Source of the DNA: Pseudomonadota bacterium
GTDB lineage: Bacteria; Desulfobacterota; Desulfobacteria; Desulfobacterales; JBDRRP01
Assembly (NCBI GenBank): GCA_043825735.1
Contig: JBDRRP010000093.1
Span: 124,001-184,826 of the forward strand
Direction of reading: 5' to 3'
DNA: 60,826 nucleotides
In this document: positions 18,701-30,700 of the stretch, one piece after another
Numbering within the stretch: position 1 is the stretch's first letter
How the letters are laid out: each line of letters starts with the position of its first letter
Position numbers and translations under genes: made by a program
Notes under the pieces: model-generated
What the model saw: only the letters and a program-made list of their open reading frames with translations
Databases searched by the model: none
Told to the model about the DNA's origin: nothing

Positions 18701-21700
18701 AGACCCGCAGCCACCGCCGCCGTGTCGAGATCGCCCGCGGCCACGCTGTAGCCGTAGGTGAGCGCCCCGGCCCCCGCATCCAGCGCCACCGTCCAGGTCT
18801 CGCCTGCGATCACCGGCCCCGCCAGAACGATCGTGTCGCAGGCTGTGGCCGCGGACGTCATACTCCCGTCGGTTGTCGGTGCGATACCGGTGGTGACGGT
18901 AAACCCGTCGGCACTGGCCAGCGAAATGATATCGCCGGCAACCTGCGGGTTGAAAGCGCCGTCGATCAGGTTTTTCAGCCGGGCGGCGACACTCGCCAGA
19001 TCATCCCCTGCGGTCACTTTGGTGGCGTAATCGGTCCCGTTGATGCGAAGGGTCCATATCTCGTTGGGCGTCACATTTCCGCTCAGGGCGATGTCCGCCG
19101 ATGTAAAGGTGACAGCACCCAGTGTGCTCTGGTCCGGTGTCCCGGCAATCACGGCAGTGGCCTTCGGGCTGTCACCGGTCTGCGCAAAATCGAGGGTGAA
19201 ACCGCCGGCCGCACTCAGGCAAATCGTATCGCTTCCTACGGTCGCAGGGCTGTAACCGGAGGATACGGCGGCGATCAGACCGTTTCGCACATCGGTCAGC
19301 GTATCGCCGGTCAGGACCGTGTAGCTGCATTCCGCCCCATCGATGAGCAGGCTCCAGCGCTCTCCGGCCACCGGAGCGCCGGTGAGCTGCAGCTGAATCC
19401 GCGCATCGGTGAACGACACCCCCTGGGTGCTTTCCGTCCGGGTCACCTCACCGGCCACCTGGACCTGCTGGGTCACCGCGTCGATCCTGAAGCCGTTGGG
19501 GTCCTGGATGTCGATTTGCCCGTTGGCCGCGTCCACCGACGCCGTGGCGGTGTCGAAAGCGCCGGTGTCGGCATTGATGACGGCCGCGATGCCGGCCATG
19601 ACGTCGGCAAGGTCCGCATCCCCTGCCTGGACCGTGTAGGCGTAGCTCTCGCCATTCAGTTTGACATTCCACACGTCGCCGGCTTCCACCAGGCCGTTCA
19701 GATCGACGGCGCCATTCAAATAATAATTCAGGCCATCTGGCGAGTTCTCGATGACGCCGGCCACGGGACTTAGCATGGCGTCGGTGATCACGAACGTGTA
19801 GTTGTCGACGGATTTGTCGCCGACACCGATCACCGTGGTGTAGGGGGTGTTGTAATCGACGCTCCCGACGGGCGTATTGCCGATGTCCTCGTTATAGTAG
19901 ACGTACCAGGTGTTCTGGTCGTCGATGCTCTGCGCGATGTTGTTGACGGTCTCTTCTTCGAAGACGGGACTCGGGGAAAAGGTGAAGGTGCCGGTCTTGT
20001 GGTTTCCCACCGAAACCTGAAGATCGTAGTCGGCACCCAGGGGAACACCCGAAATGCCGCTCGTGAGCCAGGCGTTTCCCACTTCGATGATGTAGGTGCC
20101 GGCCTCTGACAGCGTGGTGGCGGCGTAAGCGTCGAACCAGGTGCTGCTGCCGCCGTTGCCGGTGGCGGGCGCGCTGTAGTTGTTCTTTGTGACAAGGCTT
20201 CCGTCAGGGCCGAATATCCGCAGGGTGGCACTCCACCAGACCGAATCGAAATTGCCGCCGATGTATTCGAATCCGTGATCGATGTCGAAAGCGGCGCCGA
20301 TGGGCCCGCCCGAGAGCATGTCGGCGGTGACCACGAAGGCGTAATAGTCCCGGGTGCCGTCGCCGGTCCCGGTGACCGTGAGATGGGGGATGGTCTCCGA
20401 GTCGCCGATGTCTTCGGAATAACTCACCCCCCAGCTGCCGATTTCCAGATCCTGGGGCACGTTCCTTGAATCGTTGCCGCTCATCTCGTTGAGTTCGGCC
20501 ACGCCGAAGTTGCCCACGAAATGCGTGCCGTCGATCTGGCTGCTCACCTGGCCTGTACCCATGACCACTTCGGTGGTGGGCTCGATGACATCCGTCGAGT
20601 GGCCGGTCTGAGTGATGAGCACGCCGGCAGTGCCGTCGAGGATTTCCGCGTCCACGAAGGCCGCGGAAATGCCGTTGTAGCGTGCGTCTCCGCTGACCAC
20701 CTGATGGGTGATCCGCGCGAAATGATCCCCTTCGGTGACGGCGTCGGCGATGGCTTCGACAAATACGGTCTGCTGCACGTTCCAGTCGGCGCCGGTGAAG
20801 GTCAGGGTGCTCACGGGGTTGCCCCCGCCGTCGATGATCCGGACGTCTCCGGTGGCATCGGTGGCGATGTGGATGGTCACCGTCTGACCGGCGGCCGGCG
20901 CGGCCGTCAGCACCACCGAGTAGGCATCGGTGGACGACAGGGCGCCGCCGGCGGCAAAGACCGCACCGGCTTCGGCCACCACGGTCTCGCCATCGGTCTG
21001 GGCCACCACCACACCGGCGGCATCGTTATCCACCGCCTCGACGCTGAGACTGCGCACGGCCAGCCCGTCGTACTCGCCGCCATCATCGGCGCGGCTGCCC
21101 TCGACCACCGCGTGCTTGATCTCATAATAACGGAAGCCTTCGGCCAGGGCGTCATCGGGTGCCGTTACCGTAACGATCTGCGGGATGAACCAGTTGTTCT
21201 TGTCAAAGAGCAGGGTGACCCCCGCCTCGCTGCCGTTGAGGGCCACGCCATGGCCGCCGGCGGTCGTCTCGGCTTCCGTTGGCAGGGTGGGACTGGCCGT
21301 GACCCGGACGTCCTCTTCAGGCGATCGCGTCAGGACAACGGCGTACTGGGCCAGCACCAGGCCGGCCGGCGCCGCGGCATTTTCAAAGACCCGCAGGTCT
21401 CCCTGCAGCGGCACGACGATAACGCCGGCCGCTTCGTTGTCGGCCACGTTGGCCACGACGTCCTTCACGTAAACACCGGTATAGTCCGAATTGACGACGT
21501 CGCTGGTTACATCGAAATCGATGACGCCGCTGTGGCCCATGAGATCGTTGCTCACCACGGTGATGGGGGCGTTGGCATCGGCGCCGCCGGCCACGTTGAA
21601 GGTGTCGCTGCCCAGACCGCCGATAAGGACCGTCTCCACGGCGGCGTTGGTGCTCTCGATAAAGAACGTATCGTTTCCGGCCACCGCGTCGAGCACCACT

Positions 21701-24700
21701 TTCTCCACGCCGCCGTAGCCGACGAACAGCCCGCCGCCGTAAATGCCTTGGTCGGTGACGACGAATTCGTCGCCGAATTCGGTGCCGAGCACCGTGAGCA
21801 CGTCGCGCCCGTCGCCGCCGGCGATGTTCACCGGCGCGTTCACCGTGTAGGTGATGAAATCCTCGCCCTGGCCGCCGTTGATGTTGGTGTACGGGGCCTT
21901 GGGGTCGTTGGGGTCCACCTTGACGAAGGATCTGATGAGAAAGTTGTCGTTGTCCTCCTCGCCGAAGAGCGAGATTTCCGCCGTGTTTCGGTAGACGGTG
22001 AAGGAATCTTCGCCGATGCCGCCGTAGAGGGTGGCCGGCAGGCTGATGCCGTTACTGAGGTACCCCTGGGTGGTGAGGGTGGTGTCGAAAGTGTCGGCCG
22101 GTGCCAGGCCGGCGGCGGCGTCCCGGGGCGACTTGAAGACCTGCCCGACCTGGAAGGTGTCGTCGCCGGCGTCGCCGTAGACGGTGAGCGGGGAGTTGGT
22201 GTCGTCGAAGATGAACACGTCGTCACCGTCGCGGCCGAAGACCGCCACGCCGGCGTTGATATCGCCGTCGTAGTTCACCCGCTCCACCCGGCCGCCGATC
22301 ACCGGCGCCCGGTCGGCGTCCACTTCGATGGCGGAGATGGCATAGGGGCGGAAGAGAAAAAAATCGGCCTGGTTCGTGCCGTAGATCATCAACCGGTCCG
22401 CCCCCAGGTCGGCTGCCGGCGTCTCGTCGATGACATTGATGACACTGGAACCCGTGCCCGAGAGCCCCACTGCTGCGAGATCGCTGCCGGCCTGGCCGTG
22501 GAAGGAGAGCTCGGCGCCGATGCCGCTCGCGAAAGTCTGCTGGCCGGTGGCATCGTAGTTTGCGCGCAGGATGTCATCCCCCGCACCGCCGCTCACGATG
22601 GTTTCTCCGGAAATGGTATCGACGTTGACGGTGTCGCCGCCGTCACCGGTGTCCACTGCGGTGGTCCCCGCATGGGTCGAAGCGATAAAGACGGTGTCGG
22701 CGCCCGCGCCGAGTGCGACGTTCAGAGCCTCCACGTTGGCATAGCCAAGGCCGCTGCCCATGCCAAGACCGGTGAGGGTGTCGGCGGTCACGGTCAGCGT
22801 GTCGGCAGCCGCATCGCCCCCGTCATCCACGTTCAGCGTGTCGGCGCCGCCGCCGGCGTCGATGGTCAGTGGCCCGCTAATGGCGTTCGTCGTCCCGGCA
22901 CCGTCGGTGAGATCGCCGGCGTCCGCGCCGACGTTGAAAGTATCCGCTCCCCCGCGACCGGTGACGGTCGTCTGACCGGCGTGGGTGGACTGAACGAAGA
23001 AGGTGTTGTCGCCCGTGCCCAGGGCGACATCGAGGGCTTCGAGATTCCCGTAGTGGATCTCGCCGCCCATGCCCAAACCGGTGAGCGCCGCATCGGTGAG
23101 CGTGCCGGTCAGATCGCCGCCCGCCCCGGTATTGTCAAAGAGCGCGCTGTCCGTACCGGCGCCGAAATTGAGGGTCAACACGCCGTCGATGCCGGCCAGG
23201 CGCCCGGCATTGTTTCCCACCGTGACAGTGTCCGCGCTGGCCCCGGTATTGACCGTGGTCGCGCCGGAGACCGACTTGACCCGCACCGTGTCGGCGCCGC
23301 CGTCGGTGGCCAGAGTGGTGCTCTGGGCGTGCGTGCCTGAGATCGTAAAATCGTCGGCGCCGCTGCCCAGCGAAATCGTCAGGTCCTCGATATTGGCGTA
23401 GTGGATGCTGCCGCCCATGCCCAGACCGGTGAGGGTGGTGCCGGTCAGGGTTCCGTCAGAGCCCGTGCTCTCGCCGGTCTCGTCCACCGTGACCGTATCG
23501 TCTCCGGTGCCGCCGTCGATATCGAGGAGCGCCCCGATTGCATTCACGGTGCCGCCCGTGTTGCCGGCCGCGCCGGCATTGCTGCCGACAGCCACCGTGT
23601 CGTCGCCGCCGCCGGTCATGACCCGGGTCTCGATGCCGATAAATGTCAGGGGGATGAGATCGGCGTCGCTCTCGCCGATGATCTCCAGCCGCTGGCCGCT
23701 CACCTGCGCCTTTATGTCCACCGTGCCGCCGCCGGCATCCGCATTGCCGTAATCCACGTAAAGCTGGACGAGATCGTGCGCCGCGATGACGGCGCCCGCT
23801 TCGATGCGCACATCGTCACCGGCCCTGAGGATCACAGAACCGGTGGTGGCAGTGAGTGCGACGCCGCTTTTCACCACCACGTCGTCGGTTTTTGCGGCCC
23901 CGCTGGGGTAGCTGCCGGCATCGTCGGCATCATCATGGGCCGTGACCGTGATGCTGGCCGCCGTGATGCCCTCGGTGAGGATGACGGGACTCGACGCACC
24001 AATGGTGACCCCTCCCCCGGCGACGATGCCCGGTTCGGTGCCCGCCACCACGCCGCCCACAGTCATGTCGCCGGTGTTGGTAATCCACACGCTGCCGCTC
24101 GTGGAACGCCCTTCCAGGCTGCCGACCTGGGTGCTGAGGGCGTTGCCGCTCTCGCCGATGTCCTGGGCGGCGAAGAGATAGGTCTTTCCGGAGACGATGT
24201 TGGCGCCGGCCCCGGCACCGTTGAGGATCCGCCCGCTGAGCGCCGCGATGAACGCGGTGCCCGCATCGGCCCGGACCGTGCCCAGCGACAGGTCCCCGTC
24301 GGGTTCGATGATAACCGTGTTGAATGCGCTTGAAGTGGTGAGGACGCCTGCCCCGCTGTGGGCCGTATCGACATCCAGATCGTCGCCGGAGGCGCCGATC
24401 CAGCCCGCCTGCGCCACGAGCGTGATGGTGTTTCCGGCAACGTCCACGGCCGGATTGCCGGGAACGCCCTCGTCGCCGTCCAGGATGGAGACATCGGCCA
24501 CGAGGGTGACATCACCGAATCGGGAAGTGACGGAATCGAGAACCATGTCACCGGTGAGCTCATGCAGGTAAATGCTCTCATCGGCCCTGGCCCACAGGGC
24601 CTGGCCGGCCGGCAGATCGATTTCAAGGGTGTGGCCGGCCGCGCCGATGCCGCCCAGGTTGTCGGTACCGGTGCCGGCGGTCAGAGAGATCGACTGCGCT

Positions 24701-27700
24701 CTGACGTCCCAGTCCAGACTGGTGACGATGGCGTCATCGTCGTCGGCATCGAGGATCGCGCCGTCGGCGCGCAGATCCACCAGATCGTTGGCGAACACCT
24801 CCTGGATATTCAGATCGCTCTGGTAGCCCTTGATGTGGATCTCATCGCCCGCGCGGGCGATGAGCCGGGCGCCGGCGGCCAGATCCACCAGAATGGGATC
24901 GGCGTCGGTGCCGATGCTCTGGCTCTCGCCTTCGAGGATAAGGTTGCCGCTTCTGATGTTGACCGGATCCAGCGTATCGGTGCGCCCGCCGGTGAGCCCC
25001 TGCTGCACCTTGATGCGCGCCTCGCCGCCGGCGGTGATCTGATCGATGGCCAGCGAGCCTTCCGAGCCCAGGTTGAGATCACCGCCGGCCGCCGCGCTGA
25101 TCACGCCGCCGGCGTCCAGATCCACGTCTTCCAGAAGCGTGATGCGCACCAGAACGGCGGTACGGTCGGCATCGTCCGCCGCCATTTCGACGAGGCTGCC
25201 GTCGGCGGCCCGGTAGAAGAAGGTCACGTCCTGGCGCTCGGCCGCGGTCAGGGCGAACTTCTGGGCGTCGGTCAGATTGCCGCCCAAGGGCAGCGAGATG
25301 TCGATTTGCCCCTCGTTGATGCCGATGCGGCCGGACGCTGAAATGGCGATGTCGCGGCCGATGATATTGGCATCCTCCAGGGTGACGGTGGTGCCCGGCA
25401 CCGTCTTGGGCCGCAGGATGCTCGCGCTCATGGTGTTCTTGAGCTGGCTGTCGCTCCAGGCCGCCCGCTGGGACAGAACGTCGGCGTCCGAAAAGGTGTG
25501 GCCGGCGCCGGTCACCGCGCCCAGAGAAATGACCGCGGCGCCGGCGGCGTTGGTGGCATCCGCCGCGGTGGCCGCCAGGGATATCCGGCCGGCGACGTCC
25601 ACCACCACGTAGTAGGTGGCGCCGTCGACAAGCCCGGCGATGGACCCGCCGCCCGCGTGGTACGCCAGGGCCTGACCGGTGGTAAAGACGTGGGCACCGA
25701 TATCGATGGCCTCGCCCGAGATATCCGCCGCCCCGAACGCGGCGTGAAGCGCCGCATCGCCGGAGTCATAGGACCAATTGGCGTCATAGGCATCGCCCAA
25801 AAGGCCGTAGGTCTGGTGCAGGCTGTGGTACTCCGCGGTGCGCTTGACCTCGAGGGTGGCGATCTCGGCTGCCGCGTCGAGCCCCTGCTGCGTGTAGTAA
25901 TCGGTGTAAAAATCCCTTTCCGCAGTGGATAGGGTGACCTGGAACGCCGCGTCGTAGACGCCCGGATCGGCCTGCCCGGTGCGGTATCGCCAGTAGGCGT
26001 GGTAGTCGCGGGTCTTGCCCCCTTCGTAGGCGGCGATGGTGGCGTCGACGCTCTGCTGGGCCGTGGCGCCGGTGGCCAGCATGCGGTCCCAGAGCGCCAG
26101 GAGCTGGGCTTCGGTGCGCGGGTCCTGTATCTCGCTGGTGTTGACGTCGGTCAGGTTGCCGGCAGCCACTTCGATGCGCACGTCGCCGTTGGTCTCGACG
26201 CTGTCGAGGTGCAGATCGCCGGCGGTTTCCCGCACGTAGACGTCGCCGTTGGCTTTGACGATCAGGCTGTCCCGATCGGCGCTGCCGGTATCGATGGCCA
26301 GGGCCCGGGCGCCGGCACCGGGCGCTGCGGCGCTGCCGCCGGTGCCCAGGGTGCCGATGTCGCCGTAGTCGGCGGCAAGGGTGATCCGGCCGCCGGTGAC
26401 CAGGGTGGCGGCCGTGGCCACGATATCCTGCCCGGTGGCCAGGGAGACGTCCCCTTTGGCGGCCGTGACCAGCCCGACGGTGAGATCGCCGGAGACTTCG
26501 CGGATCTTGATGTTTCCGGCGGCGGTGGCCGCGCTGAGGCTGCCGCCGGCCCCGTCGGTAAGATTGGTGGCGAGAACCCGGCCGCTGCCGATACCGGCGT
26601 CCGCGCTCAGGGCCAGTGATTTTCCGCCCACCACGGCCGTGTCGCTCTCCATCCGAATGGCGCCGCCGCTGTCCAGAGTCGTCGTGCCCGCTTCGTTCTG
26701 GATGGACTGGTTGATCCGGATATCGCCGCCCGAGGCCACGGTGACGCCGATGTTGGCGTCCCCCGCCTCGTAGCCGATAAACTCGACGGCGATGTCCCGA
26801 TCGGCCCGGATGCTGTGGGCGTGGATGTCCTTTTTCGGTGTGGTGACCGTCTCTCTAAGATAATAGGTGGTCTTTCCGTACCAGGTGGAATCTTCCCAGG
26901 AATGCCGTTTGGTGGTCTCGGTGCCGTTGTCCACCTGCCGGTAGTCGTAGCTGTAATCGGCCCCCACGCTGCCGGCATCTTTCACGTACTCGCCGTCTTC
27001 CAGCGCCCTGAGTTCACCCACCTGTGTCGTTGTGGGGCCGCTGACGATGTTGTCCGGATCGGAAGCCAGGGCGTCGATCCCCAGCCAGGCCGAAGAGGCG
27101 TAAGTGGTGACGACCTTTTCGCTGTAGTCCTGGCCGTTGGACCAGTAGTAGCGCATGCCGTCCAGAGGGGCATACTCGGCGGTGCGTCCGGCACTGGTCT
27201 GGGGCGTGGGATCCGATCCGCCGACGTAGTATTCGCTCTTGAGCACCTGCCCCGCCTCGTAGCGGTACTCGGTGACCTTGGGCTTTCCGGCGGCGTTGGT
27301 AAACGAGGTATCGGTGATGCGCAGCAGCCCCTCGACGCCGTGGCCGGTGTCGAGCCCGCCGGTGACGATATCGTAGGGGGTCTGGTTGTCGATGTCGATG
27401 CGGCCGTAGCCGTCGGTGACCTTGAGCGATCCGCCCCCGGTGCTCACGATCTGACCGAAGAGCTCCATGTAGCCGCCCTCGATCTTCACCGATTCCAGCT
27501 CGATGCGGTCCAGCTCGGCGTTCCAGAAGGCGTCGATGTTACCGCCGGCGGGCAGCAGGAAGTAGGTGTAATCGTCGGTTTCCAGCCCCGCGCTTTTGAC
27601 CGTCGTTCTGGCCATCGTGGCGTTGCCGGCCTTGTACAGGTCGTAGGCATTTTCAGCGGCGGAGATCTTTGCGGCCATGGCGGCGGTGAGGGTCACCGAG

Positions 27701-30700
27701 CGATCGGGCATCCCGCTTTGGATGGTGCCGTTGATGTTGAGGTACTGGGCGCTGATGAAGACGTTGTTGGCGGCGATGATGTTTTCGGTCGGCGCGGCGT
27801 TCAGGGCGGCGTAGACCGCCTGCTGGAGGGTGGTCCCGGAGGCGTCGGCGTCAACCCCGGAGCGGTCGGTCTTGGCAGCCTGGGTGATATCGGCCACCGC
27901 CTGCCACTGGGTGCCGGGATTGCCGCCGGTATTAAATAGCGACTCGGTGTAGGTCTGGACGAAATCCCGGCCCGAGCTGATGATGAGGGTGCCGGCGTTG
28001 ATGCTGCCCGTGGAGATGACGCTGCCCTGGCTTTGCACGGTCACCGTGGCGAGGATGGCGTTGATGTCGCCAGCCAGTTCGATGTCCGGGGACTGGGCGG
28101 AGAGCGCCGCGTTCTGGGGGTCGTCGCCGTCGAAGGTGTTGGTGATGGTGATGGCGGGCACCGGCGCACCGGGATCGCTGGGATCGGTGACCAGGACCTG
28201 GGCGAAACCGGGCGTCAGCGCACCGGCGTTGATGCCGGCGATATCGGCGTTGGAGGTCACGGCCTGGGAATTGAACCGGACCTGACCGCCCTGGTTGTCC
28301 GGGATGGTGATCCGGCCGACCCGCAGATACGAGGGGCTCTTATTGGTGATGGAGACAGTGACGTCGCCCGGGGCCATGAGCCGGCCGCCGCCCAAAAGAT
28401 CGTCCGCCCAGACGTTGATGGTGCCGGCCTGGGCCCAGATGTCGCCCACGGTGATATAGGGCACGATGTAGGCGCTGCTGTAGACGTCGTGGTCCGCATC
28501 GTAGAGGCCCATCTGCGCCATCTGCGTCTCGACCCGGTTGATCTCGGCCTGGTAGGCGGCTTCGGAGACGGGATCTCCCGCGTATTCGGCCAGCAGTGCG
28601 TACCAGTGGTCGCGCTCGGCGATCAGGTTGGTGGCCAGAGATTCCTGGCTCTCGGTGAAGCTGATGCCGTCGGTCTGGGTGGACGCGGTGCCGTCCCGTT
28701 CGATGACCAGCGCCTGGTCCTTTAAAATACCCACCTCGATGCGGCCGTCCACCACCACTGTGCCGCTCACCGCCAGGGTGGAAGAGCCCCCTTTCATCTC
28801 CTCGCTGATCCCGTCGGAGCCCAGAAGGGAGTCGATGCCGCTGGCCACGGCGGTCGCCCAGTTCTTGCCGGAGCCGTAGGCCCAGATCTCGGCGGTGAAC
28901 TCCGCCTCGGTGAGCAGGTTGGCGTCCCGGGCGCTTCTGAGACGGGCGCCGCCGCCCACGGTGATGCTCTGGTCCTGGACGATTTCGCCGTGGGCGTCCA
29001 GGTCCGTGATGGGGATGGCCGAAGCGTTGAGCTCGTCGCCGTGAACCGTGACGAGGAAATAGTTCTTGGTGCCGGTGTGGTCCCGGCCGGCCAAAAGGTT
29101 GATGGCACCCTGCGATTCGATGAACGCATTTTCCCCGATGGCGACCTGATTGTCGCCGTGGATGCTGGCCAGACCGTCCACCACGGCCGCCGATGCCAGG
29201 CCGTACGTGTGCACCTGGGGCTCTGCCCGGAGTACGCCGCGGGTGAGCGTCTCCAGGTTCACGTCCCCCACGGTGGTGACGCGGGTGCCCTCACCGATGG
29301 CGGCCAGGGCGTCGTTGACGTCGGCCCGGATGGCCGATGTGGCGCCGGAGCCGACAATGAGGCCGCCCGAATCGAGCTTCACGTCGTCAGTGGCCTCCAC
29401 GTCGTTGAACGCCGTCAGCTGGAAGCGCCCCGGCGCGGAGATGCTGCCGGTGACTTCGATGTCCGCATCGTCGCCCACCATGGCCTTGGTGGTGTTGGCG
29501 ATGTCGGTCTCGCTCTCGGCGGCGTTGCCCTGCAGCACGCCGCCTGAGCCCGCGTTGACGTTGTAGTCGTCCGCCCCCAGCAGGTCCTTTCGGGTGGTGT
29601 TGGTGGCCGTCACCACGAGATCGCGGGTGGTGATCTCGGCGCCGTCGCCGATGAAGGCCTTGACCGTGGCGGCGACGTCGTTGGTGGCCCAGGCGCCCGA
29701 GAACCCGACGGCAGAGGCCTGGATGGTGTCGGTCTGGCTGTCGAACCGGGCCGTGTGACCGGCGCTGATGGTCAGGCTGGACACCTCGAGCCGGGTCGTC
29801 AGCCCATCGCTGGTGTCGGTGTCGTTGGCGATATAGGCCCGGGTGGTGCTGTCGGCAGTCACGCTGGACTCGGCGCCGGCGCCGGCCACCAGACCGCCGC
29901 TGCCGGCCTCGGAGCGGGCGAAGTTGGTGTCGGTGCCGCCGGCCGTGATGGTGAGCGCCGGGCCGGCGCCCTTGCGGTAGACCACGGCCTGGCCGGTGAC
30001 AAGCCCGTTGCCCTGGCCCAGATCGATGGCGTCGGCATCGGCGTCGAGTGCCACGGCCGGGTCGAAGTCCGCCGCCGCGCCGCCCGGGTAGCGCGTCAGG
30101 CTGTGATCGGCGCCGAGGGTCGCGGGCATGACCAGATCAATGGTGACGGGCGCGGCGGCCGTGGCGTCTGAAAAGGAGGCCGCCAGTTTCACCTGCCGCG
30201 GGTTGACGATTTCAAAGCGGTGGTTGCTGCCAGTGGCGACGGCCCCGTTGAGACTGGTCACGGGCGCCTTGGTGACGGTGTCGAAAAGGCTGATCCACTC
30301 GCCGTCCACCACCACTTGGTAGGTGCGCAGGTTCACCAGGCCGAACACCGGCAGGCTGGCGGCGGCGGTCCGGTAGACGACCTTATCGCCGGTCTGAAGG
30401 CCGTGGCCCGCGCCCAGATTGATGCGGTTGCCGGAGATGTCGGTGGTCGGCGAGAAGCGCCGGGTGCCGTCGACGACGACGTAATAGAGCCCGCCGTCGG
30501 TGAGTCCGCCGATGGCGCTGCCGGCACTGACCGTGACGCCGCTCCCGAGATAAGCGTTGGTGTCGATATCGGAGACCGCCGAGGCCACGTTGCCGCCGGC
30601 TGCCACGAGACCACCCACATGGCTGTCGGCGTCGGCGTTCTGTTTGCTGTCTCCCGTGGCCTGGATGGTGATGGCGTCGGTGACGGCGAGCACCGCACCG

